The notes beneath the pieces were generated by a model. It did not search any database, was not told the DNA's origin, and worked only from the letters and a program-made list of their open reading frames with translations. DNA of 64,000 bases from assembly GCA_012295275.1 (NCBI GenBank), contig CM022672.1, forward strand, positions 22,692,001-22,756,000, given 5' to 3'. Made by a program: the position numbers and the translations under genes. Shown here one piece after another: positions 1-11,853 of the stretch (positions are counted from its first letter, which is position 1; each line of letters begins with the position of its first letter). Source of the DNA: Chrysomallon squamiferum (Eukaryota; Animalia; Mollusca).

Positions 1-589
1 ATAAAATAATAATCAAATCGAAATGAAATTTAAAAAAATAACAACAACAAACAAATTATTATGTAGTTAAATTTGGCACAATATTTACACATGGCAGTGT
101 AAATAAAAAACATGAACATTATAATATGACACACAGATACACACAGAGATAAACACATTCTTCTATTTGGTCATTTTTAAATATCACTATATTATGTTGC
201 TCTTTTAAAGTAAATTGTTATAAACATTTCATCAGTGTCCTATATTTACTTTGCCATATAAAATCAAGTGAAGATCGTTTGCAGTGAAAATGGTGCTCAA
301 AGATAAAGGTATTATTTCTTTATTTTTTTATTTTTTTTACAATTAATATTTGACTCAGTTATATTAAATAATCAATAATGGCTAAATCAAAGGCAACATT
401 CTTATATGACTAAGTCTTTCAGCTAAATTTCTTATTAGTTTTTATCATTATTCTGTAGCTTATACGACAATCTAAATATCTAAATAGCTTATATGACAAT
501 CTAAATATGTGTTTGAACTCCTTTTTATTAAAAAGTGGATTGTCTACAGAAATACTGCAGAAACATAATATATTAAAACGACCCTTGTT

Positions 590-715
590 TTCCAAGGTAA
601 CGATAAGGTAAATACTGAAAAATATCACACTCTGGGAACATGTCTATATATATATGTCGCATTATGGAAGTCGTTTTCCTGAAGTAAAATTGTCCTCAAC
701 CTCGTCTGTCTAATC
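590..715 (-). pseudogene. Exon 2 of locus 1, an internally deleted RING-relic exon (paralogs ~19240-19386 and ~32460-32607)
   Basis: Shares GATTAGACAG..CTTCAGGAAAACGACTTCCA and GACATGTTCCCAGAGTGTGAT with 46690-46982. Confidence 0.5.
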
Positions 716-990
716 CTGGAAAAAAACCCAGTCAAAATGCGTATGATCATATTCATCAACATTCAACATTAATATTTTTAAATGTTTTTTTTTTAATGTA
801 GATCAATTGTCACGTAACGGAAGTAGGCGATGCGCATGCGTTTATTTATAGGTTTATTAAACGTCCTAAGAATAAAATTTCGTCTTTTCAAAGCTTCTAT
901 GTTATCATAAAATTTGTCTTCTGATTAAAAAACAAACATACTCCTCCCTCCAAAAAAAAAAAAAACCCACAACAATGAGATAATACTAAC

Positions 991-1548
991 CTTATTTTCT
1001 TCAAGATCCAAAACTGCTTTGAAAAGTGTTCCTGCATCTGGAAAATCAGAACCATCTTCGCTTTTCCGATTATCAATGGCCTTTTGAATAAGTTCATTAG
1101 AACAACCCTCATCCAAAACTGCCTGGATCGCTGGTCTGTTGGCGTCATTACTGCTCGAGCTGTCGGTTGTTGTTGTTGCTTGAGCCACAACGCTGTTGTC
1201 GGCTTTAGCACCACTCTTTTCAACAACAAGATTTTTAGTTTTCGAATCCATCTTTGATTTCTCAGCTTCAAACATTTTCTTTATATCATCAATTTCCATT
1301 TGGTCAGCATATTCCAAGAAGATGTTTTTCTTTTCTTCAAGTTCCAAAACTGCTTTGTAAAGTGTTTCTGCATTTGGAAAATCAGAACCATCTTTTCTTT
1401 TCCGATTATAAATGGCCTTTTCAATAAGTTCAATAGAACAACCCCAATCCAAAACTGCTTGAATCGCTGAGCTATAGGTGTATTTACAACTGTTGTCGGC
1501 TTTATCACAACTCTTTTCAACAACAATCTTTTTCTTTGTCGAGTCCAT
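991..1548 (-). CDS. BIR-less tandem-UBA IAP derivative, exon 1 (locus 1); predicted spliced product 187 aa ending EENKD*
   Basis: 186 open codons with two IAP-type UBA repeats. Start context AAGATGG. Donor AAG|GTTAGT at 991/990; acceptor TTTTCCAG|GATTAG at 716/715. Confidence 0.72.
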
Positions 1549-2700
1549 CTTCGTATTTCCAACTTGAACGATCTTCCTTATTTGATCAATGTCCAGTTTG
1601 TTAGCAAATTAACAATTCGTAGCCCAATCTTTGTGAAGCAGCTTTCTTCGTGTCGTTAGCTAGTGTTAATGGCGTCAGCTATGCTTTCATAGTAAAGATC
1701 CTGGATATCCATGCGCAGAATTTTCTTCCGGCTCAAAAAAAAAAATAGACGTGGACTGTGACGGAGTTTTTGAATGACATTATTAGGCAACTATGTTGGT
1801 ATATTTTGCGTTATGTCTGAAGCAGGGACAAATGGTTATCCTGTTTCTCTATGCTCTGTTTTACGTGTTGGTCAATTTGATGTAAATATGTTCCACAGAG
1901 AGTTTTATGTAATACTTACCAGTCCTCAACCATTAAATAAGTTCTCTTATATCAAATCAGTTTTCCGAAAAGTTAATTGAAATACCATTAATCTTGTAAC
2001 ATAAATATCTTGTTTTGTTTTGGGTTCGTAATGGATGCTTGATGCTATATATACCTATAATAGTATATGCAAATATATATATATATCTGTAATAATCAAC
2101 CGTCACAGTTTCTTAATTGCACAGTCAGGGGGACCACTAAAAACGCAATCCTAGACAGGAATCCAGCCATTATTTACGCTGGGCCCCGTGACTGACTGGG
2201 ACAAACATCGATTATATTATTTTTGTTATTATACAAGCGTTGATAAATTGTACCTACTTACAACAAGAGACACAACTATTTCACCATTTTTGTAAATATG
2301 AATTTATGGTGGAAAAGATTTGTAACGATCAATTACAAAACGAAAATAAAATAAAACAAACAAATGATGATGATAATAATAATGATAATAACAGTAATAA
2401 TAACAATCATCATCACCTTTACTATCATAATCATAATAATAATCAAATTTAATTTTTTATTTTAATTTTTAAAGATTGTTTTTGTTATTATTATATTTTT
2501 ATTTAATTATCGCCTTATATTTTTACAAAGACAGAACATATTCCGGTAGGAAAGCATTTCTATGGCCCGTTAATTATTATTATTTTATTTTATTTTGTTT
2601 TTATTAATTAATTAATTTATTTATTTTTATTATTATTATTATTATTTGTATATGTATGTAATATGTATGTATGTATGTATATATATATATATATATATAT

Positions 2701-2731
<31 letters not shown>

Positions 2732-3406
2732 CATACATAAATATTTTTTTTTTCATTTAGTACAAAGAAAAGAAATAAAGACAGATAAAGTATCCTGGCA
2801 ATTTTTACAACATTCATGAACAACATGATGTATATTTGAGGCAGTTATATTTGAAAAATGTTTTGACAATGATAAAGAAATATTTTCTTTGTTTAGTTAT
2901 CTCTCAGTGACATAAAAATGATATAAATTATCATCTTTTTTCATTATTATTATTTATTTCTAAAATTGTATTTTGTGTTTTTGCTATGGGGGTTGTTTGT
3001 TTTGTTTGTATGGGGATTTGGGTTTTTTTTATGAACAAATGATTATAATGGCTTTTGAATGCTTGAAGGCAGAGATTTGAAAATCAAGGGATATCACCGA
3101 TGAGATGTACACCATTTTGACTGCAACTTCCATTGGTTTAGATGACTGCTTCATTTTAATTTTTTGTCAAGTAGAAATAATAAAAAGTAATTAAATAAAT
3201 TATTTATTTCCGTTTAAATGTGGTGAGTTTATTTGGAAAGTTCATTTCCAGCCATTTATTACTATATGTAGTACAATCGACTGTATCGTAGTCGACATAA
3301 TTCGTCTGGCAGACATTCATCTCAATTTCCGAAAAACAATGAAATAATAGTAAAGCACCACTATTTTGAATTTTTATCAATATCTTATAAGTCATTTTTC
3401 AATGTA

Positions 3407-3465
<59 letters not shown>

Positions 3466-3766
3466 AGATCTAAGATAAAACTCCCGTGGACAAAAGCCCA
3501 TTCTGAAATATTTGCAATTGCACTTAATATTTAGTTTTTTAATAAACTCTACATTGTTGTGCTGATTTTTTTTTTTTTTGTGCTTATGATTCAACTAATG
3601 ACACATTTCAAAAATTATAATCAAAGGTAGATGGTTTTATTTAAACGAGCTACAGTTATGAAAAACATTTAACTAGTATTGGCACACATATAACTTAGAT
3701 AAACCCTTCAAAGTTTTATTGTTTTTATTTTGGTCTCATGGATGGTTTCTTTTTTAAGTCTGTTTA

Positions 3767-4027
3767 CATGAACATCAAGACCTGGATCCACTGCAACATG
3801 TTGAAGTAAAATGATTACAAGACCACAGCGATGAATTTCACTTCTAAACATAACTCAAAGGACACTGAGACTGTGTCAGCTACTGTAAATGATGCCTCCT
3901 TAACTTCAGTACCATGTGTCAGAAATCTCGGTGCTATGTTTGATTTTGCAATGACTACAGAGTATCAAATGACTCCAATATGTCGATCGAGTTATGCTCA
4001 GCTACGGAAGGTCGGTAGAATCAGGCA
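3767..4027 (+). mobile_element. L2/CR1-group LINE reverse-transcriptase C-terminal fragment (copies at ~22645-22797 and ~35836-36095)
   Basis: IKTW(M)HCNMLK.ND.KT..VRNLGAMFD..ICRSSYAQLRKVGRIR, typical of the end of CR1/L2-type ORF2. Confidence 0.75.
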
Positions 4028-4109
4028 TATATATATATTTATTTATTTTATTTTTATAATGTATATATATCCTCATCGAAATATATTATTTTTATTGCCT
4101 CATTTTCTT

Positions 4110-4812
4110 CTCTCCAAGCTTTACAAATAGAAGCTAGATCATCCCTTAACTGGGATGGTGACACGAAAGAGTGTCTTTTTAAATATTGCCAATAAGGTAA
4201 TTATTTTCTGTTGGGTACCCAGACGTACTGGCATAAGCAGTAATAAAAGGCAGATTCTGCTGCCAAGTCAACTTTAGATTTTGCACATGCTGGTGTACCC
4301 AGTACTGTTTATAAGCACCATATCGGCCAGTATATCGATTCCACTTGGCAAAATGACTGAAATGGTGCTGTCACAAACAAGTCTAATTATATTAAGCCAG
4401 CCTTGGGCGATTGGCAGTCCTCTTATAAGCAATGCAGGAAGGAGGAATATGTCCCGTATCGGTCATACACACTTAAGTCATTCGTGTTTCTTAAAGAAAG
4501 ATCTTCCACCCCAGAGTGAGCAATTTCAGTGTAGTTTGACAGTTCAACACATTTTACTGGAATGCAGTCATTTTATTGAGACAAGAGCATATCTGATAGA
4601 TACAATGTGGTAAATTGTTTAGATACCATTCAAATCTTTTACAGAATTTTAAAAGAAAAGTTTCTTTTATAACAAATTTTAAATTTCAATCATATTAGTG
4701 ATATTTATATTTTACCCAGCTGTTTGCGGTGCGTTTTATAAACTTTTGACATTTTTATATTAATTTACTTCCAATAGCAAATCTGTTTTTCGTGCTGGGG
4801 TGTCATAAAACA
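4110..4812 (+). mobile_element. I-group (Nimb/Ingi-like) LINE 3' fragment: RNase H, zinc knuckle and tail (copies at ~22845-23503 and ~36198-36855)
   Basis: IIFCWVPRRTGISSN.ADSAAK (RNase H end), RIGHTHLSHS..PPQ..C.LTVQHILLEC, and tail GTGCTGGGGTGTC.TAAAACA. Confidence 0.8.
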
Positions 4813-7516
4813 GACAGTATTACAGTCATTATGTGGATGGAGTTATTCCCCTTAGACTGTAAATCATTTTCTTCAGATTTCACTTAAATGAGTTTTGCCA
4901 TCAACATTAGAATCCACATTTATTTATATATTTTAATATGCATAGATTGGATTGTTATTGCATATTCAAATGCCTATTCAGTCCATATCTTGATATAATA
5001 ATAATTAGTTTTCTAGGTTTTTCTGCGTTTTTTTCTAGGGTCATATTCATTACCAGTGATGCCAAGAGGTGGTGTGCAGCAGTCAAATGTTGATTAAATT
5101 TTATTTATTCCCACATTTTATTTATTTCTATCCAGGCAGTGTTTGCTATAACTCCGATGGTATGACTGCTGTAGAAAAAAGTGCAGTTTCTCATAAATGA
5201 AATGAGTAAGATATGATTTTACACAAAGTGTGTTCTGTTTCTCATTTCAATCAATTCACCAACAGATTTTGATAAATCTTTGTAAAATTGATTTAAATAT
5301 TTTTTGTTTGCCATGGTTATGGAAATATTTCACAACTGAAAAAATAAAAAAATAAAAAAATAATAATAATAAATAAATAATAATAATAATAATAGTTCAC
5401 AGTACATCTATGTAGAGTTAAGAAATAATTTATTTATTTTGGATTATTTCTGTTTTTCAGTATGATAGTCCACGCTAGAGCATTATACAGAATGAATGAC
5501 CATCAAGTGATCGTATAAAATAGCTTGACAACATCATTAAAACTGGTAAACAAACTCGAAATAGTTTTTTATTTTTTATTATATTTGTGTCACAGAATAT
5601 ACTTTCCTATCTTTTTATACAGATAAAATATTAATAATACTGAGGCAGATATGGAAATTGTAAACTATTTAATAAGTTCAAAAGTTCTAAAAAGTGACTC
5701 ATGATATATAGTAGTATTCATACCTTTCTATGTTGTATGTTAATATAACTTAAATGGTAATTTTTTTATTTTTGTCTTAGTTATGTTTAAAACTATTCTA
5801 ATAGAGACAGATATGTTTATATTATTAATTTTAATGTTAGATGGATCAACCCAATATTATACTGTTTATTATCTTCATGTGATCACTGATATAGAAATAC
5901 ACTTAGGCAGCATGATGGGCATATTTTAATTATAGGAACTTCCACATTGCCAAATTTATTTTATTTTTATTTTTGCAGGTGAAGAAAATTTATTTGCACT
6001 TCACCAGAAAATAGAGAAAACCAGAATACATTGCAGTCATATAAAAAAAAAAAAATTATTTACTATAATGAACTTTGCAAAAATATCGAAATAATTCAAA
6101 AGTTTCAAATTAAATGCTTCTTTTTTTAATTTTATTTGCCTGACATTATAATAATTATGTTAAAATACGTTTACTGTGTTTAGCTGATTAAGAAGATAAA
6201 ACCAAATCTGAGTTAAACAATGTTTTGCGTTTAAGTTTTACTGTAATGAGATGAAGGAAAGTTTAAACAAGGTTTATCACAGCCATTATCAACTCACTAT
6301 TTTTATAACTAGTATGAAATTCTAGTATTAATAACAACAAAATTACTGTTTAAACTGCTATTAGCTTCCTTCAGGTCATTCTCTGATGATTTTTTAATTG
6401 TGTGAAATTCAGATTATTCAGATGTGTTGAAATTCATCTTTCCACAATCTTTTTTCAGTATTCAATTTGTTTTTTTTAATTCATTGTACACACTCAAATG
6501 GAACGGTAACAAATGCTGGACATCATTTGTAAAAGATTATAAAATTTGTTTTTTAATTCAAATGGAACAAAAATTCATGAAAAGTTATAAAATTTCAAAG
6601 AAATTTTCTTTTCCAATAGTTTTTGTTCAAAAATTTTATAACATTCATAATTTATTTCTTAGTGAATGAATAGATATATTATATCATTACAGGTATATAA
6701 AATATATATACGGGACTCGAAAAGTTAAAGATCATGGAAATTTGGTATTTTTTGCCATTTTGGAAAAGCTATTTTCTCTCACATTCATTTGTGGAAAGCA
6801 TGTCCTTTGTTTTAAACTTTTATTTTTCCAAATTTATATATCGTTATTAATTTTTATTTATTTTTACATTTTATAATAATTCATACTACAGTAAAATGAA
6901 AGAGTTTGTTATTAGATTATATATGGGCATTTTTTAAATACCACTAAATTATATTGCTCTTTTAATGTCTGATATTTATGTTTACCAGATGAAATCAACT
7001 GTATCACCTGCAGTCTGAAGATGGTGATTTTCAAAATGGTGCTCATTGGTAAATGGGCATATTTATATTTGACTTAGTCATTTTAATATTTCACTTAGTA
7101 ATATTAAATAATCAAAAATAATTAAAATAAAAAGAAAATGTTTATTTTATCAATGAGTCTGTCTCCCAAATCTGTTGTTGTCAGTTTTTGTAGCTAATTA
7201 TTTCGTTGCAAAGATATCACTTGTGATTGGATCAGTTGTTGAAATAGAAATGTTTAAGAAAAAAAAACCTAGTGATTTAGTATCGAAATATTCATGTTTA
7301 ATAGTTTGGTGTGTATTTTAATACATTGGGTTTTTTAATGTGGTGGGTGTGTATACATACATACAGACACATACACACATAATTCTGTTATATATCTATA
7401 TATATATTCATTGTTGTGATTGGTGGTTATTTTAATAAATGTATACTAGTAAGTAACTAAACAGTGATGCATATAGATACATGTATGGATTGTTTGTTTT
7501 AACAACATGATAAACA

Positions 7517-7550
<34 letters not shown>

Positions 7551-7614
7551 AGTAATAACAAGACATAATATACACATACAAAAAAGTCCCCCTTAAATAA
7601 AATTAAATAAATAA

Positions 7615-7645
<31 letters not shown>

Positions 7646-7833
7646 TAAAAAAAATAATAATAATAATAATAACAATAAAATTATAATAAATAAATATAAA
7701 CAACAAAAAAAACAAAAACAATTAATTGTACTGATATTATTATTCAAGAATTTAATTATATTATAACAAAGCGGACTGATATGCTTTGAATAACAGCAGC
7801 TGTTTTTTACGAAAGAAAATTTCATTTCACACA

Positions 7834-7882
<49 letters not shown>

Positions 7883-7885
<3 letters not shown>

Positions 7886-9920
7886 TAAATATACAAGATG
7901 TAACTATTGACAAATATATTTTAAATAATTTTGGGATATAGCAGTTTAAAACCTAAAATATATTTCATACCCCTAGGACTCTTCATTGTAGCTTCTAAGT
8001 CCATAATTAATAGAAATCTGCAGACATATTTGTCTAAACCATGGAGTATTGTGTTTAAATCAATGAATTAAGATCTTGAGATAAAACAAATTAAGTGATA
8101 ATGGTATGCTCATGTCATAAATCTTAAATACTGATTTACCAATTACAGATGGTATCAAGTCTGGGTTGATCTTTCATTCAGGGTATGGTGAATAGCTGAA
8201 AGCCAAATTAAAAAAATATATGAATTAATGGATATTTAATGAATAGATAAAGATCATTTTATTATAACAAAACAAATAAAAATAATTGTTTATATTTTAT
8301 TCATAATACTATGCATTAACAAATTCCTTTATAATCTATATTTTTATACTATTTTGTTTTAAAACTGTTTATAAGAGTAACAAACACAGAGACACATATC
8401 TGCATAGTTAAACAGCAGACTTATTCTATATTTTCAGTTTTGTCATTGGCCACAACTCTACCAGTATCACCTATCTTACCTTTTGACTGTTTTTGTCAAC
8501 ATAAAAAACTCACAGCACAAATCCTTCAGATGGATCTTAATGAAGTGTTTTTCTCTCCTCATTTGTTTACAGTTACAACAAAATAGTTTGCAGAACGTGG
8601 AACAAGACTTAGAAATGACTTAGAATGTTCTCCTACTGATAAACTAAATTAGTCTTAAAACACAGTGTAATATTTTTCTGTGAAGCATAATAATCTGATT
8701 ACTACTTTGTTTTAATTAGGGGCCTTTTAAATGACCTCTGTCAACTTTGTCACGGAGCATGAGCTGGAATGTGAAAACGCTCTTTAATCAGTCATACCTA
8801 AGACCAGTATTCTTCAACTAATCACAACACAGAATACTACTTTTCAATGAATCACTTCTCAAAAAAGAACTATTCAACAAACAAAAAAAAGATATTCAAC
8901 CAATCACTTCTGAGAACAGCACTTTTCAGCTGATTATATCCCAGGCCAGGATGATAGGAACAAAACTTTAACCCATGTATGCTTTCAGTCACTAAAAATT
9001 AGACAGTTTAGGATTAAATATTAGCTTTAAAATATCCAATGTTCTAAATAAACAAAGAGAAAAAGTTTTATTGTGTAAAATAAAATTTCTGTATCAATGC
9101 TGAGGAATAAAACTAATTAACACTTCAAACTCCAAGACAAATTTTGTAAAATTACTACAAAACTACCACGTTATTTATTAATTCTTAGATTTCTTTATGG
9201 TGCCTAACTGTCACATTAGTTTTATTATTAATTCTTGCTTTCTTTTTAGATTTCTTTACAATGTCTCACTGTCATTTCTTTGATACCTTTATTACAAATG
9301 TATATGAAAGATGAATAAACAAAATAAATAAGTAAATAAAACATACTCATATATATATTGTATTATCAGAAACCTTTATTTATAAACTCATCATACATTG
9401 ATAATTTAAAAGCATTAAATACATAGTTATATTTAGTTTATAGATGTTCTGCATACAAATGAAAGATAATTAAGACAATGTTAGTGAAAATACAAATAAG
9501 ATAAAAAAACCCAACTAAAAACAATAAATAAAATTACAATAAACAAACACAATTAGTACAAATTTATTATATTTCAAACATATTTACATATATAAAGATG
9601 CATTTAATTTGTATCATAACATTTATTATTATTATTATTTAAAATAAATAAAATAAGAAAAATGAAGGAAATTATTTTTACTCAGTATTTCTTTATCATT
9701 ACAAAAATCAATATACTTCCTTTAAATTATGATGAATTATAATGTTAATAACCTAAGCTAAAACTAACCACTCCCAAAGAAAATGTATCCTGTTTGATAT
9801 TAAGATTAAACACTAACACGGCACATTAATGATATGATTATATATATATATATATATATGAGATAAAGTGAGAGAAATACCAAGTATAATATTTTCAATG
9901 AATTAGCAAAATAAACAATG
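7883..9920. repeat. ~2-kb near-identical direct repeat, copy 1
   Basis: Matches 15728-17775 with only scattered differences. Confidence 0.92.
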
Positions 9921-10118
9921 GAATCCTTGTCTGAGAAAACAGCTAAGAATAACAGTTCATAGATGATTTGCATACGAATGAAAGATGCTTAAGATAATGA
10001 TAGAGAAAATACAAATGAGATTAAAAAATCAAAAAACAAATAAGATTACAATAAACAAACACTAATACCACAAATCTATCACAATATATTTCAAACATAT
10101 TTACATATTTAAAAAGGC

Positions 10119-10149
<31 letters not shown>

Positions 10150-10470
10150 TAAAATAAATAATATAAAATAAATGAAGGAAATTATATATAATATTTACTC
10201 AATATTTCTTTCCCATTACAAAAATCAATTTATTTCCTTTAAATTTTGATGAATTAAAATGTTAATAACCAAAGATAAAATTGACCATTCCCCAAAAAAT
10301 TGCATCCTGTTTGATATTAATTTATTTAAATACTAACAGGCTACATTAGGGATATGAGTATGTATATATATATATAGGAAAAAGTGAGAGAAATGCCAAG
10401 TATAATATTTTCAATGAATTAGAAAAATAAACAAATGAATCCTTCTCTGAGATAACTAAAAATAACAACT
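9440..10470. repeat. Diverged ~520-bp tandem duplication
   Basis: TGCATACAAATGAAAGAT..GAATCCTTGTCTGAGA (9440-9960) is repeated at 9960-10470. Confidence 0.75.
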
Positions 10471-11074
10471 GAAATGATTTGATGACTAATAAACAATCCC
10501 ACTGCATTACCTGATTGACAACAACATATTTACATTGAATATTACAAATTAATGGCTAATATATGTTTCTAAATGAAGGTATCCTTTGTTCTGGAATATT
10601 ATTTTTTAAAATGTCATCAGAATTAAATAAATGTGTCATTCCTTTGATGTTGTTTTTCTTGAAGAATCAATCTAAATTAAATTGAGATATACAGTTTCTA
10701 ATATGACTTGAAAATTTATCACGTGTTACATATCAATCTTTAGGATCAGAGCATTTAGAACGCTACAACTTAAATTATATCTTATTTACTCAGTACTCTT
10801 ACTAATTATATTTGTATTGTCATTTTTCAGCTTAAGAAACATCCGTAACTGTGAAAGAAAACCTTTCAGAATTAAACAGGTGTCCATTAAAAGTATCTTT
10901 TCTTCTCTCCTACAAAACTTTTAGGATGTTGTCCTGTAGTTTTTTTTCTTCCTGGTAAGATGCACTTTCATGGACAGAAGCCATACCAGGAACAGCTCAT
11001 CTTCCTGAAACTGTCATCTGAAAACGAAAATCAAATTACAAATGGTTACTGATTTTATTTATCTAATTCTTCTA

Positions 11075-11077
<3 letters not shown>

Positions 11078-11157
<80 letters not shown>
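11078..11157. repeat. (CA)n microsatellite, representative of many (CA)n, (AAT)n and (TA)n tracts
   Basis: Seen directly. Confidence 0.98.
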
Positions 11158-11169
<12 letters not shown>

Positions 11170-11264
11170 CATATAAATCATAGTTTTTGTTTTTTTACAT
11201 TTACTTTATATATATTTCAGGAAATATTTAAAATTCCTGAAAATTCTAGAAAATATGCTTAAAT

Positions 11265-11560
11265 TCAGATTTCAAATGCTGAAAGGAGAACATTCTCTGA
11301 CTGCAATCGTTGGAGAATGTCCTGAGGAAAGTTAGATGATAAAAAGCCAGTCCAAGCATCAGTGCTGCAAATGCAGAACACTTAATTTCTCTGTTTTCAA
11401 CATTCTCGAACTGACAAAATGTGTTACCATCTAACCATCAAATAAGCATTTCCTTAATGTCACTGTTTGCTCTTTCTTTAGGATGCCTAGTTTTTCCATG
11501 GACCATCACGAATTCTGGTCGAAAACTATCAGTTCACTGATTTCACATTTTATTTGAAAC
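11265..11560 (-). mobile_element. Degenerate KRBA2/SCAND3-like (Ginger2-type) integrase/transposase fragment downstream of locus A exon 1
   Basis: PEFVMVHGKTRH..ERANSDIKEML, EIKCSAFAAL and SSNFPQDILQRLQSE match the VHGKPRH..ERANxDI / GIKCSPY / SSLPxEIL signature. May extend to ~10830. Confidence 0.65.
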
Positions 11561-11853
11561 TTTCAGGAATTATACATATTCTATAACATATATAAAGTAA
11601 ATAAATAAAGAACAAAATTCAACAACAATTCAAGCATTACTAGAATTTAATTACTAAATATTAAATATTTTAAATTAGAATTTTATATAAGTTAATCCTT
11701 TCTTTTCTTTTTTCTTTTTAAAAACATGGAACTTTTTCATATCATTAATCATCCTTAGCATCGTCTTTGTATCAGAAATTAGATTTTTCTAGCTAAGAGA
11801 TAATGCCACTTGACACTAATCTAATACTAACAGGGTCCTACGTGCCAGCCAGC

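Larger units (their letters stand above)
1..7880. repeat. Segmental duplication unit I (UBA gene, LINE fragments, PKD2-like relics)
   Basis: Collinear with ~18640-26900 and ~31860-40100, carrying the same ordered landmarks. Confidence 0.9.

Noticed and set aside
419-628. Repeated 69-78 aa ORF (also 19059-19295 and 32280-32516)
   Set aside because: It lies in the presumptive 3' UTR, has no recognisable motif, and its conservation is explained by recent duplication.
925-990. Hydrophobic C-terminal tail (VSIISLLWVFFFF) suggesting a membrane anchor
   Set aside because: It is read-through of the intron past the conserved GTTAGT donor into a poly-T tract whose length and frame differ between copies.
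897-1562. Alternative-frame ORFs overlapping the UBA genes (897-1271, 1281-1562 and paralogs)
   Set aside because: They are shadows of the real frame and recur only because of the duplication.
3204-3395. Repeated ORF SGALLLFHCFSE..
   Set aside because: Disrupted in unit III and shows no recognisable domain.
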